This document shows positions 51,146 to 64,000 of a stretch of DNA of 64,000 nucleotides, in pieces. The stretch's first letter is position 1, and each line of letters opens with the position of its first letter. A model generated the notes under the pieces. The model was not told where the DNA came from. It made no database searches and saw only the letters and a list, made by a program, of their open reading frames with translations. The stretch is from positions 183,855 through 247,854 of the forward strand of contig NMRA01000613.1 in NCBI GenBank assembly GCA_002633005.1, written 5' to 3'. The stretch comes from Phoronis australis (Eukaryota > Animalia > Phoronida). Both the position numbers and the translations under genes were made by a program.

Positions 51146-54100
51146 TGTTGGGGTTTTGAACCATACTATACACTGTGTAAACTGCAAGAAACGCGACTAC
51201 AGATTAGCTGTAACCAGATTAATCGCCAATGCAATACTGTAAATACTGAGCCTCACAATGCTAGTTCATTCTCATCTCAAGCCACAGGCAATGTGCACGA
51301 CTTGCGCCTGTTTCGAACTCTCAATTTTAGGGTTGGAGTCAAACCAAATCAAGCGTGTTCTTTAATTAATCGTCAATGATTTCTGTGAAATGACCTTGTT
51401 GACAATGGAAATAGAATCCTATCGCGGTAATGATAACGATTTTATGATGGGTAGTAACAACTGAGCCAAATTCACGATGTTGCACTTTAGCCCGCTAATC
51501 AGGACGAAACATGAAAATGCCCTGCGATCGACCAAGTTGGATTTAGCACTACCAGCAAAGCGTCGTACTGCGATATCAGAAAACAACTTTCCTCGCCAAT
51601 AAATTCAATTTTTGCCAAACATTGGTCATTTAACCACGAACAAAAGGATCAAAATTTCGCATTTAAAAATACAGTGCATACATTATATTCACAGAATTCC
51701 CTGCAATAGAGCAAGTGCACGTTTGACTGAACCCAGTCTTGCCACAGGCCTGTCGCGGCTACACACACTGGTAAAACTTATGTCGCAGTGTACTGGCTAC
51801 CGGTAACGGAGAATATAGTTTATGCGAAGGACATGTTACGCTGAAGTTGAACGAAATAAAATATTCGACGTGCACTTCAATGTTTTTTCATACAAACCAC
51901 GTGAGAAGGAATTAAAGAGGGACATCGAATTCAAGTTTTGTTTTGCACGTAGGCTTACACGTAGTATAACGTGAACAGCTTTTACCGGTATGGCTGCTTA
52001 GTCAGTTCTGACGTTCTTAGAATTATTGGGTGATCTTTATATAGTAGTCGAACTCGTCTCGTGCAATATCATACAGTAAAAAAAGTTTTCGTCTGTAGAA
52101 GATGCTTTACTTACATTAACGAGCTTCCACTGACTGTTGCAACAAAAGAGTCAACACAAAACAAAGGGAATGACGTTAGTCTGGGAAATTCCGGATTGGT
52201 GTAGCGACATCTTGTGTTAAGCTCAGATAAGTTAAAAAAACAGAAAGTCGTACCCCATAGCAGAACCCGGCGTAACTTCTCAGGTACAATGACACAATGT
52301 AATATGTTCATTATTAAATTGCAAAAATGATAACATTAATTATCATGTTCTAAAAATGTCTATCATAGCAGGGACAAGTTATTGGGGGGAGAGGGCGCCC
52401 AAACCAATTCGACTCCATTGCCAAATTACCCCCCCCACCTTCCTATCNCTAGGACCAGCGCACTGATGGGTAGCTGCATGGGGGCTGCCTCAATTATCTG
52501 TAGTTGAGATCTAACAAAATTGATACTAAGTGCAGTGAAGCATCCTTATTTCTTACAAACTAGCTTCTAATTGTCAAAAAATCATCTATCATTTTCGTAG
52601 ATACATAAACATGTGAATCAGAAACCAACAAGCAAACCAACGCGCTTACCTTGATTTAATGTCTTAATTCCTTTTTGACTTCCTGTTTGTGAGTCTAAAC
52701 CACAAACTATACGTAATTCAATAATTCAAACAGCAATGCATTTATTTTCATCTGAATTGTGATTATATTTTTGGGAACTGCCCGAATTTAATCAATGTCT
52801 TTGAGAGTTATTTTAGATTGGCAAAAATCCTCTAAGTCTACTTTACTATTTAGGGTTATGGGATTATAGAGTTTTTCTAACTTCAGGCTGCAACTAAATT
52901 CACTGAAAATCATCAAGATTAGCTTTTAATTGTCAAAAATGAATCCGTCGAATTTCGTAGATAAGTAGACATGTAAATATCAGAATCAAACAAATGTTTT
53001 TATCGAAACGGAATGTTATAAGCAATTTCTGTAGGTATGCTCGAAGAAGATTTGTTACGGTTAACGGGGGGGGGGGGGNNNNGGGCATTCGTATTAAGGT
53101 GCATTTTTGCTAATTTCATAAGTACCTATAACGGTTCACGAGTTAAAGTTGAACTCCAAAAAACGCTGAAATCTTTGTTTATGATTTCGAGTACTTTGAG
53201 AACCCCTGTTCGACATGTACACGATCATCACAAATCGTAGCCCTGGCAGTCTTTTGTCAGGCGCAAATTCCTTACAAACAACTCCTAGCAACGATACTAT
53301 ACTTGATACTACTGGAAATAGTTTGTTTTGTGGTCTTTACGATCTGCAAAATTCCACCTTTTCGATGGCGGTCAATCCTATTGCATGTTTCTCATTTTTG
53401 GTTGTTTGGGCTGAATGTCTTTCTACTGCTGTGTTGTGCACGAATGTTTTGTATTTTTGATGAAATTGAAATCGCAGCTTCCCCTCATGAATACTTGGCA
53501 GTGTCGAATTTACCTGTATAGAAGTACATGTATATAGGGACAATTCTCCCGAACCACACCGTACACCGAAAGAGGGTCCCGTCTGAAATAGGACACCTTA
53601 AGATGAAATGCTAAACATCATATCTAAGTTTAGAAAAGAGTGACAGTTCATTCCATCGTCGTGTGATCCGGCAAAAAGAGACCTTCCTCAACATCAAAAC
53701 GATTTCACAAAAAACAAGGAAACAGAGGTAATCGATTCCAACATTGGACCTTCTCTCCGTGAGCGGTTCCTAAGAATTTGTCAATGAAAACACAAGGGTG
53801 GCCCTTTGAATGTCATCAATCGCCCTTAATTATGATGAAAAGATCTATATTTTCAAAGATCAGAAAATGTGCAGCAATTGATGTTATCTGTCAGGTCATC
53901 AATTTTTCCCAAGTGATATACAATTTCGAGAAAAAACAACAAAAAAATTGAGCGTTATCCCTTGCTAGAGAGGGGTCGCTGGAAAAATATATTTTTGCAC
54001 TAGCAAATTTGTATTATTGAATTGAAAATTTTCTCGATTTTTCAAAATACAGGAATGAATGATTAAGGTCACGTTTTCAAGTGCGTTTAGACGATCTATG

Positions 54101-54539
54101 CTGCAAAAACATAGACCCTAACAACAATGTCCTGGCCAGGGTCCTCAAAGGGTAAACCATACACTGAAACTGTTGTTCTCAAATCTCGTTTATTTTGAAT
54201 TCAGCAGATCTGATCGTTACAATCAGACTCACAACAGTCGTAACACATATCAAGTATTTGCAATTTTGGAATGTCCACTTCGTCCATTCTCATGACCGAA
54301 AAAGTTCAACGTCAAAAAAGCTATCAGGCCTAAGATTTTCATTCACTGGTTTAACTTTCCACGAAATTGTACTCCTTTCAATACACGTGTACTACATTCA
54401 AACCAAACTTTTAACAAAACGTTGTGTGCGTCATTGTAAAACGTTTAACCAGGAGCGTCTCACACTGGAACAAACACACAGTGGCGGTGTGGCATCCATT
54501 AGCTGAGGTAAGTGGAATGCTACATCCCTTCCCCTTAAA

Positions 54540-54860
54540 ATGCCTCAGATCGTGTTGTTGTTTGTTATTGTCGAACGAATTTGTAGCGCAACCCAAAAGG
54601 GTTACATGGCAATCCAAAAAAGTGTTTTGGTGCCCCCAGATGTGCCCATGCACACATCCCCAAAGGTCTTACTAGAGATGGCCTGGGCCCTCCCCCCTTC
54701 CACTTCACCAATGCAAAGAAATCCATGGAAAGACTTTTGTTGGAAAAGGACTTCACTGTCGCCTTTACCGTTACACAATTCTAATGGTCTCAAACACTCA
54801 GTTTTTCCTTCTGATACACAAAAAGAAATGAGCTTTTGAAGTCATTTTGCTTGACATAAC
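54540..54860 (-). pseudogene. Possible decayed integrase-type (Ginger-like) N-terminus
   Basis: AHLG / GGTKTLFWI..FW fragments across frames resemble the integrase zinc-binding region. Confidence 0.2.
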
Positions 54861-55007
54861 TTTTCAGTACAGATAACGGCATAATTTTGTTAAACATGAG
54901 GACAAAGTTGTGTGGAATAATGCGCATGCAAGGCGTAAGCCCTCGCTTTTCTGCGAGCACGCTTCTTGTTTTAAGTTATTTGTTTGCCCATTAGCAGGTC
55001 CTAAATC

Positions 55008-55294
55008 GGGGTAGAGTTCAATAGCCGTCTCGCGGCGAGAAAAAACTAGTCAAAATCAAGTGCTCTCATTGAAAATACACTGGAATAACTCAAGTAATCT
55101 TGCGAAGTCTTGCCCTTTTAGCGGGTCCTGACATCATTTAACTCTACCTTCGGTAGGGTTTAGTAAAGATAAGACCATTTTAGGATATCACTAGAAAAGC
55201 AAAACTTCGCGAGACATTGTCGTGTATTTCAAATGAGGACACGTGATTTTTGTTAGATTTTTCTGGAAGCGAGACAGACACTGAACTCTACCCT
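55008..55294. repeat. Inverted pair of ~140-bp repeats
   Basis: GGGTAGAGTTCA...TGAACTCTACCC; related to 4487-4627. Confidence 0.65.
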
Positions 55295-56639
55295 GGTGTG
55301 GTAGTTGAGAATGTCCCCCTACAGAACATGTCCCATATACCTGCATGTAGTCGAATGCTAGCATACAGGACGTTATTCAGAAAATTACCTGGATGGTCCG
55401 TTCATGCAGACAGGACATATTACAGGGGGTCATTCTTCACTTTCACACTGGCACTGAGCTCGTAAGATCTGTATAATTTGACATTTTTGATATGAAATTA
55501 ACCGATGTGGGTCCCCTGCAATCAAGTGCTTCGTGGGTTCTGTCGTAAAGACGGCACAGCTGTAGGGCCATTTATGAATCATGTCCACATGTGCCTAGCT
55601 AACGCGATTGTCATGGTTAAAGTAACATTTGACTTTCTGGCACAGCTGACCCGACGCAACCATGTATAATAGACTTTGCGAATGGACTAAAATCAACCAA
55701 ACTCAAATTTCTATAGCAGACACAACAAAACCAGAAACAACAATGAAATGCCCAACGTCGACGGCAGGAATTTGATCCATATGAAAATCTATTCGACGGC
55801 ATTGAGTTTTTTGGAGGCATCACGCCTGATGGAATAATAGAAGCCGAGTAAATACTAACCGTATAGCGTAGCCTACAATACATGTACCTGTGCACTTTTT
55901 CAGCAAACTTCGACCCGATCTGACTGGTAACTCAAGTTTACTTTTCGTTCACACAGATTCTGCTCAAATGCCAGAAAACTTACCTTCGGTTTTTAATTGT
56001 ATTCTATTAATTTCATCTTTGTCTTTATTTGTTTATTGCTACGGTCTTTAGAGTTTCTGACTTGACTGGCTGGCCAGAGTCAGGGAAGAATCTTATGGAA
56101 TGTTTCAGATGATATTTACCACCTCAACTGTAGAATCTCAGGCTGACAAGCGAAATATCGTCTCAAGCTCATGAGCCAATCCCATGACAAGAGAAATGAC
56201 AGAGAAATGTCCTGATTACGGCTCAATAACAGCCACAATGGCACATGGCATATACCGTGGGGCTAGTTCAGTGCCGCAGCATAACCTTTACCAAACATTT
56301 GTCGCCTGTTGTTCATTCACAGGAATATCGTATGATCCCTGTCGCTAGACAAATATCTGAATTTGCCTCATCTCCTTCCAAATTCAAGAAACGTTACCAA
56401 GACACACCTCTAAGACAACATGTATAACCCCGGACAAAAGGACGTCGAGGGAGGGGATATTGTATGGGGTGAAATTTTATTTTTTTCAATGTTGACTGAG
56501 GTAGTATAGAGGGAGAGTAAAATCAAGAATTTTGAACGTTCTGCCAAAATATGCGTTTTCCATGCGTTTGAAATATCAACAACTTCAAGAGCTTGAATAT
56601 GTTTGTTGACTAATTCACGCTTGATCATGTGCAATTAGT

Positions 56640-57170
56640 CATGGCCTGTGAATGGGAAGCATTGAACTTCAAATGTGAAGGACCGATCCAATTGGAAGGC
56701 CGCACTTCAAACGGGAAGGATCTATCTTCAGATGGGCTCAAAGGCAAAAAAAGGGAATCACTGCACTTCAAAGGGCAAGGAATGGCGTTCAGACGGGTAG
56801 GACGGACCAAATAAAGGGAAGTGTTGGCACTTCAAATGTCAAAGAACGTCCTTGAGATGGGCAGGACGGTCCAAAGAAACATGGCATTAGAAGGTTAATA
56901 TTTCACTTTCAGCTATGTTCAATAAACCAATGAGTGGGCAGGACGGTAATCTCAAATGGGAAGGATGACCTTCATATGAGGAGGTCAGATCAACGAATGA
57001 GAAGAGCGATACATCAGGTGCGAAAGAACTACCTTCAGATGGGTTCAACGATGTATAAGAACGAAGGACAGCACTTTAAGGAACGACTTTCAGATGGTTT
57101 TAATGCCGGGGACCAGGGATGGAAAGAAATGACTTCTACATGGGTTGGACGGATTCAAAAATCACATCAA
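56640..57170 (+). repeat. Degenerate tandem repeat
   Basis: Recurrent CTTCARATGGGMAGGA motif. Confidence 0.6.
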
Positions 57171-57659
57171 TAGCTGTCTTTTGAAATAGACGTGCTTCAT
57201 ATTGAAATTCACTAACCCGTCAGACTACAATCCGGTCTTTCATGGACAGGCGTTCGGCACCACCGACAGATCCCATTCAACGCAGACTGGAGGTTTTAAC
57301 CTACTGTTATAAACAGCGTTGTGATTCAAAGAAAATACAAAAAAAAATCACGTTGTTGGTCTTTTTTCCATAAAGAGTCGCGTGTTGATTCACTGAAACT
57401 GCTGTGTGCGTTCTACGCAACCGTCATAAACAAACTACATGTATATGTCAATAAGTCTGGGATTTGTTGTCCTCTCAAAATGCCCTTATTAACTTCTCAG
57501 ACAGAAACCCTTAAAGCTTTTGATATCCACCCGAATTCTCCTATCATCAACTCTAAACGATTCTGTAAAACATGAAAACTAATTTGTTTGATCACACAAA
57601 ATTCATCAAAACTTGTTCGTAATTTTAAATAAATTTTCGGCTACATTGTTACAAAAATG

Positions 57660-58670
57660 TAATGGAAGGTTTCATCTATCCAGGCATATCATTTGTGGAG
57701 TGAACTGAATCGTCTCAAATTGATTTACTTGATTAAAATGTCTAGATCTTCCGGGACTCCTGTCCCCTTCACAGGAAAGATGGCAACTGCGTCCTGGTAT
57801 AAGCTCTTGCGTTGTGCGACAACTGGCTGATACTGTCATCCCAAGCAGATGAGATCATGGATCTTACCCCACAACTTTTGTTAAGGGAAGGATTGGGCGC
57901 TTTGACATATATGGCTTCTTTTATCCCTCTTTCATGCAAGTTCTTTTCTCTACTCAGAATCTCAACATTGTCATTATTGAAGCTGTGAGCACATGAGTGG
58001 TTGTGATAATACACCGATGACGCGGTTCCTTCTCCTCAAACTTTCAAATTGATACATTCCCCTTTTCAGCACCTGTTCCGTATCCCCGATACAATACTCT
58101 TTGCTGGCTGGTAACAGTACAGGCACTGCTCCAGTCGCACTGACGGCGTTTTCTCGGCATGGGTTCCTGAATGAATTGTACTTCCGGGTTCGCGGCAAGT
58201 TCAAAATGGCGGTGTTTCTTCGGATGCAAATCGTGAGTGGCGCGTTCATTTAAACTTTTTTTCGGATACTGGAACCACATTGGCAGTTTGAGAGAAGGAC
58301 TTCAACCACTCTGAGTCACCTGATGGTATGAATCAAACAGTACTGGTCAATATCACTTTTCTTCCGAAACACATAACAATGTAAACTGAAACTATCTCTT
58401 GACCATACAGGGACGAAACCGGGGTAAAAGTGGCCATAGGTCTTTATGTCAAAGCGCTCAATAGTTCCCTGAACAAACACGGTGGGGTAAGGTCCAAGAT
58501 CTCGCCTGCTTGCAACGACAGTATCCGACAGGTGTTGCGCAACGCAAGAGCTCGTACCCGGACGCAGTTGCCATCTTCCTTTTGGAGGGGACGGGGCTCC
58601 TGAATATCAAGGACATATTTATTAAGTTATATTAAGTAAGTCCAATTGAAACGATTCAATTGCGTCCACA
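57660..58670 (-). mobile_element. Penelope-like relic (GIY-YIG C-terminus) with an inverted copy of its 3' end
   Basis: HSFNNDNVEILSREKNLHERGIKEAIYVKAPNPSLNK; 57695-57872 is the reverse-complement homolog of 58482-58670. Confidence 0.8.
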
Positions 58671-61600
58671 ACAAGTGTTGTGGATAGGAATACCTGAGAA
58701 GGTCATTTTCAGCTTCTGAAATGAAGTCATTGTCATCTCGATTTCACCAAATAAGTTTGCTGAGCCAAATAGCATTGAAAATATTTACTCAAAAATGTTT
58801 AAAAGTACCTCGTATCCTCAAGTTTGAATTTCGTTCTGATTTTAAAAGCATTGTGTAATATTTTAAGCAATTTAATTTGCAACATATGCTGTTTTTGTAT
58901 TTCGTGGGAATTAATGACATTCTTCTGTGGCAACAGTTGACCAATCATATTTCAGACAAGATTGATTTCTGTGAAGGTCAGCCTGAATCATTTAATGTGT
59001 TCTTGGATGGGCAATCAATTAATTGATACAATTTCATATGGAATGGATGACTAAGTGTGGTGATACTGAGCACATGGTGGAGTGTAAACAATAAACATTT
59101 TACCAAAACTGAAAAGTTTACACTCGAAGTTGCATGCAGATTTTTTCACAAATCATTCTATAAGTATATCATGACAATAAGTTAAGAAACAACCATTTGT
59201 AAGTAAAAGGGTGACCGCATCTAAAAGTCACAAGAGTTTACCAGTGAGGGACGTGTCTCATCTTGCCCTCATTTTCTTTCTCTCCTTCTTTCCAGCTACA
59301 TTTTGCCCCTGGGGAATGTCGATATAAGCAGGGTGTCGTGTTTCTAAGAATGTTTTGTGCTGTTACTGAAAACGTTAGCCGTAACTTCATTAAGATGTTA
59401 GCCCAAAGAACGGCGAACAGACTCAAAAGAATAGCAGTCTTACTCGAAAACCACTAAGAGAGCGTGCCCTATTTCTTAGTTTTATTGGCTTATTGGTTCT
59501 TCGATAAAACAACACTGCATGACACCGTCTTAATGGCAGGCACTCATGAAGCAGCAAGCAAACAGGAGCGTTTGTTTATCGCAGATAAGGAGGAGGCTGA
59601 AGATTCATTTAAGTAATAACATGTGAGATTGGTGAAATATGACTGACGCTGGTTGTAATGGCGGCTGAGTCCGCAAAGGTTGTGGAAACTACTACGTCGG
59701 CCTCAAAGTCTACCAGACAGAAACCTGGTCATTTGGAAGAAATCCATAGGGCTTCAACATTTCCTTTTCTCCCTACAAACCACTAGAACGCGGTACGACG
59801 GCTCTCAAGGCAAAACGCTAATGAAACTTGCGAAGCAGTTACATGTACATGTAGATCTCGGAAACAGGTATATGCGTTGGCGCGAAAGAGGAAAACATTC
59901 ACAATCAAGCTGCTGTCAGAGCCGAGAGTGTCAGGCGAGAAGGCGCTAGTTTACTGAAATATTGTGGAGGAACTGGCTTAAGTTGTTCAAGTCGGGCAGC
60001 AACAAGAATGACGTAAGCCCCTTGGGAACTAGGAAAAAATAAGTGAGTGCGACAAAGTAGAACTACGCACATGTTCAGTTTCCCGATTCGAGCAGTGAGT
60101 GGAATACGTGCTACATCAGTCAGTGATCTTTGAAGCGAGTTCAATGATGCCTGAGCGAAATGATCGTCACCAACACCACCGTCTTACTATCGTCAACTTG
60201 TTATCGTAATAACGTGTTCAGTTCTTCAGGTGAAATATGTATCAAGTGAAAGGAGAGAATTCACGGGAAATTGGCCTAAGTTTAGAAAAAGTGTACGCGC
60301 GGAACTTGCAGTAGTAGAGAAAAGTCGAACAAAACGTGTGTTATGAGACCCAGCAACGTCTCACTTTGTCTACTCGAACATGCCGTACAATTGTTATGAA
60401 CACACGCTAAGTCTTCCCGAAATTACTTGTAACTTGACAATAAATCTCCTGTAAGTTGACTAGGCTGTTTTAAGTGCATGTTAACTACAGGCGTAGGAAG
60501 TGGGGACGGGAAAGGAAGCCAAGCGCCGCCACTCATGGAACGAATCTACGACTGACGAGCCACTGAGACTACAATATGTATGGCTCAGAGCCTGAGTTCG
60601 CAACGACAGCGGGAAGTGGGCGAAGAATGTGTGGAAGAGATGGCAACCCCGATGTTGGGCTCATATTTTGTTTCGCTTATGGGAATGTCTATATTTTTAC
60701 GGCCTCCTTTATCTCTTGGTAACCGACGACAACCTTATGTCCCCTGTCTAAGATGTAGAGCGTCTCAAGTGTTTAAGTCAATGTGCCTGTATTTGAAGCG
60801 ACGCTTACCTCTAAATTTAGGTGCATGCACCCGTGTTCTAAACAATGATCAAGTTCATTTTTAGAAATGATATATTATTTAGGATATAAAAAGTGCCATA
60901 ATACGCAATTCAAACACATACTACGACAATGGGTACCCGATCTACACCTCTATCGAAGTTTCCTTTCTCTTGAACACGTTTCTCACAAGTAGCATTTCTA
61001 TTCCCCTGTACCACACATCATTCATGAGGACTGCATTTTATACACACCACGTAACGTTTGTATAAAATTTTGTCATGAGAAAAGGAAGGTGTTCGTTCGA
61101 GAATATAGTAGTACACTTACAGTGTAGCTGGTCAGAAAAGATGTGTTTTCATATTACTAAAAAGATTGCTATGCACGAATGCAGATTATGTCTACGGTCA
61201 GTAAACGAAATTGATGCCAACTTATGACATGTGTGTGATTGGGGTAAACTGGCGGCACTTTGATGAAAAATAGGATTTTAGGGTATGAAAAATATGGTGC
61301 TTGTCTCATTTCTACAGCGCAATAAAATATAACACATATATTTCAAGTGAATTTATAAAAAGGATAATTTTGCACACTAACTCGTCCACGCATGAAGTTC
61401 ACGAATCAAGACCTCAGGAAATCAAACTTTGCCATGCATACGTGTAGGCAATAACTAAATATTTCGCTCCGTAACCAGATATGTACCACTCGCCACACTG
61501 AAAATGAATGAAGCCCGATTCTTCCAATCAAATCAATAAATAGATAAATTAAATGACGCAATTATTAAATAACGGGTGGGAAAACAAATACAGTGCACGC

Positions 61601-63216
61601 CAACAGGACTGCACATTATCAAATACAGACAACTGTATCACGCAGAGGTACAATGAGTTAATCACACTTAATGGAAAATCAAGGCAACATTTTCAAAGGT
61701 GTGTGCCTGAGAATGTCCGATTAAATCACACGTCACTTCAATGGCCCATGCAGTATCTATGAAGACGATGTATGCGATTTGAAACCGCCAAACAGCGGTA
61801 ACTTCCCAGAGCGGAAACCAACAAGTTGAAGGTTATTTGGGAGGATCCAGTTCGGATCGACCGACAGGGTGATATTCATAACAGATACAAACTTCTACTG
61901 AACATTAACGCGTTCTAGTTTCCACATGGATCGAGCATTACGTCGATTTATTTCGATCAGCGCGCCTCTTCAGGTGATCGTTACTAAAACTTAACAACCA
62001 CAGGAACGACTGGCGGTTTGTACCGGTGCCCACTCTCAGACGGTCTACGGGATGCACCCGTGATTCCATGCTATTCCCAGCAGACGTATCATTTTGATGT
62101 CCTAAAGAAATAAAGACAAAAATGAACTATACATTCTATGCGAGTGAAAATCGTATCATTCTTTACAGATTATGTAGGACCCTAAAAAGATGTCCACGCA
62201 CATTTGTCTCACTTCTGGCTAATTGGAATCATATAAAACATTCAGATAATATTCTTTACTCACTGCTCTTCAAAACAACATTAGGAGTTGTTTTTAAAGA
62301 GTTCCATTTAGTATGAGTGGCTATCAAAAGAACTTTTTCATTTTTACGAAAACAAGTTGCATAACGCGAAAGCGAAATGATAATCCAGGAAACTGTAACA
62401 GGGCTTTTGAGGTTTCATTTTGAACATTCATGTCAACCGAAATTAGATCTTGTTATTCATACCGTTGCTTTGATATGGACGTACTTTCTTTTTTGTTTCA
62501 ATTTTTACTGAGGCAATGGATGGTCATGTGACCCAATTAATGTAACATTAATAAACAGCCATATATGAATCCTGTCACCTTTCTACTTTCAGGAAAAAAC
62601 CTTTACTTTGTGTTATACTTAGTTTTGTAGATAACAGGCAAAATACACGGACATGTCTATAGGGCCCTACATAACCTTAAAGAGGGTATTTAGCACCCGA
62701 AAAATGGACGTTGCAATCGATGAATTCAATTCAAAACTGCAATTCCTAACAACCCTCCCCTTGAACTGGTCACATAGGCCAGGTAAAATGTCATTGCTAT
62801 GTAAAGCAAAGGGTTTCGTTGAATGCTTATCTGATCCGGATGTTATGGAAGTTTTTGTTTTGTGAAACTCGCTACAGGCAGTGTTTCACAAAACATCAAC
62901 CAGGCTCAGCAAATACCCTTTCCATGAACACCAAACTCTTACCACGCACGATCTTCACTGCAATGATCCTTAGAACATTATGTTTGAGGTAAATGCATGT
63001 GTGCCTGTGCGTGGTTGCTGTTCAACTCCCGTGGTAAGGGTTACTCATGCATGGTACAATGTAGGTGCTTTGCCGGAAAGTGGTAACGGTTCCGCACCCG
63101 TGGAAAAGTTCAAACTTCGCGGTAAGTATCACCACGGCCTGGTTTTAAGTGCCGTTCGGTCTTGTATACAACTCGCCGTGTAAATGTATCAACATACCAC
63201 GGTTCATTCAGCTGCT

Positions 63217-64000
63217 TCATTTCTTTGCACCAAACTTGAATTTTCTGAATAAACTCTTCCCTTTGTCGGTTCTTGATGCCTACCAAAATACAAAAGGTTT
63301 GTGTCTGGACTGACTACAGTATTTATGCAAAAACACAACTGAATTTCCAATAATTTAGACCAACACCAGAACTTTGTACTGTGGAGACAATATCCAAGTG
63401 TCGAGCGTGAACTCCTTTCCTGAGCGTTCAATGACTTTTAACAACACCGTTTAAAGCGCCTGACGTGTAAATTACTTAGGAGAATACAACAGAACCAAAT
63501 CGTGGTAAACAATCATAGCATATATTGCATGGTAAGCATGCGAAAAAAGCGTTTATGAAGAACGCCCACGCTCGAAATATTCGGTTTAATATGATTTTAC
63601 GTATTACACAGTCTCTTTACACATTCAAACAAGTAATATTTCCCAGAAAAGCTTCTGACAAACATTTGCACCTTTGTCTCAATAGTTCCCTCATGGACAT
63701 GTTTATGTTTAGAGTCACGAATCGTGCTATTTACTAGCAGGCATCTAGAAAACTTACCAAATCTTCTTCGGAAGCATATCTTCTTATTTCAGCTGTCGGC
63801 TGTGTTTCTGGTGCAGAAGACGTTTCTAGGCTACTAGAACGTTTGAAAAACGACCGTTTTGAACTTTTGACAACCTGTGCAGACTTTTCAACGGACTTCT
63901 GCGATACAGATGGTCCGGGAAGCGACGACTCGTCCAAACTGTGAGACTTCTGGAGAAGTTTCTTTCCTTTTGACTTGCTCGACTTTGGTGCGGCGGGACC
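63217..64000 (-). CDS. 3' coding exons of a Ser/Lys-rich protein entering from beyond the window (64000-63758, 63279-63217)
   Basis: Open frame to the window edge, gtaagt donor, phase-0 join to ASRTDKGKSLFRKFKFGAKK*. Confidence 0.55.

Noticed and set aside
55617-56128. Two exon-like segments ending in a Cys-rich tail
   Set aside because: The upstream segment has stops in all frames; no start or homology.
59657-60150. Possible decayed transposase N-terminus
   Set aside because: Only vague fragments across frames, with no termini.
62368-62377. ISRE-like GAAAGCGAAA
   Set aside because: Isolated, with no linked transcription start.
1-64000. E1 enzyme or deubiquitinase completing the Ubl module
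   Set aside because: Searched by eye; no ThiF/GxGxxG, USP, OTU or JAB motifs recognised.

Overview
AT-rich, intron-containing animal (probably marine invertebrate) draft-assembly DNA with two long N gaps and several single-N contig joins; the ORF track misses most real genes because they are spliced. The main result is a head-to-head ubiquitin-like conjugation locus, assembled here by hand from GT-AG exons. On the - strand is a 6-exon, ~358-aa gene (43903..34004) encoding a ubiquitin-like domain ending in an intact di-Gly (VTRVHGG) fused to a RING1-IBR-RING2 (RBR) E3. On the + strand is a divergent UBE2L3-like E2 (44932..45734; first exon probably in the gap). Between them is a short intergenic region with NF-kB-type sites. 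Other genes are the 3' end of an ACC-synthase-like aminotransferase, two orphan spliced genes and two terminal gene fragments. A near-identical partial copy of the RBR gene lies at a contig join and is probably a haplotype artefact. Mobile DNA includes a decayed Gypsy LTR element interrupted by a TG..CA TIR element with a 6-bp TSD, two Penelope relics, a THAP transposase relic, P/hAT-like elements with 8-bp TSDs, a Helentron-type element with a higher-order tandem array and many MITEs. TACATGTA, a Tc1/mariner-type excision footprint, is strongly over-represented. All coordinates were read by eye and no database search was possible.
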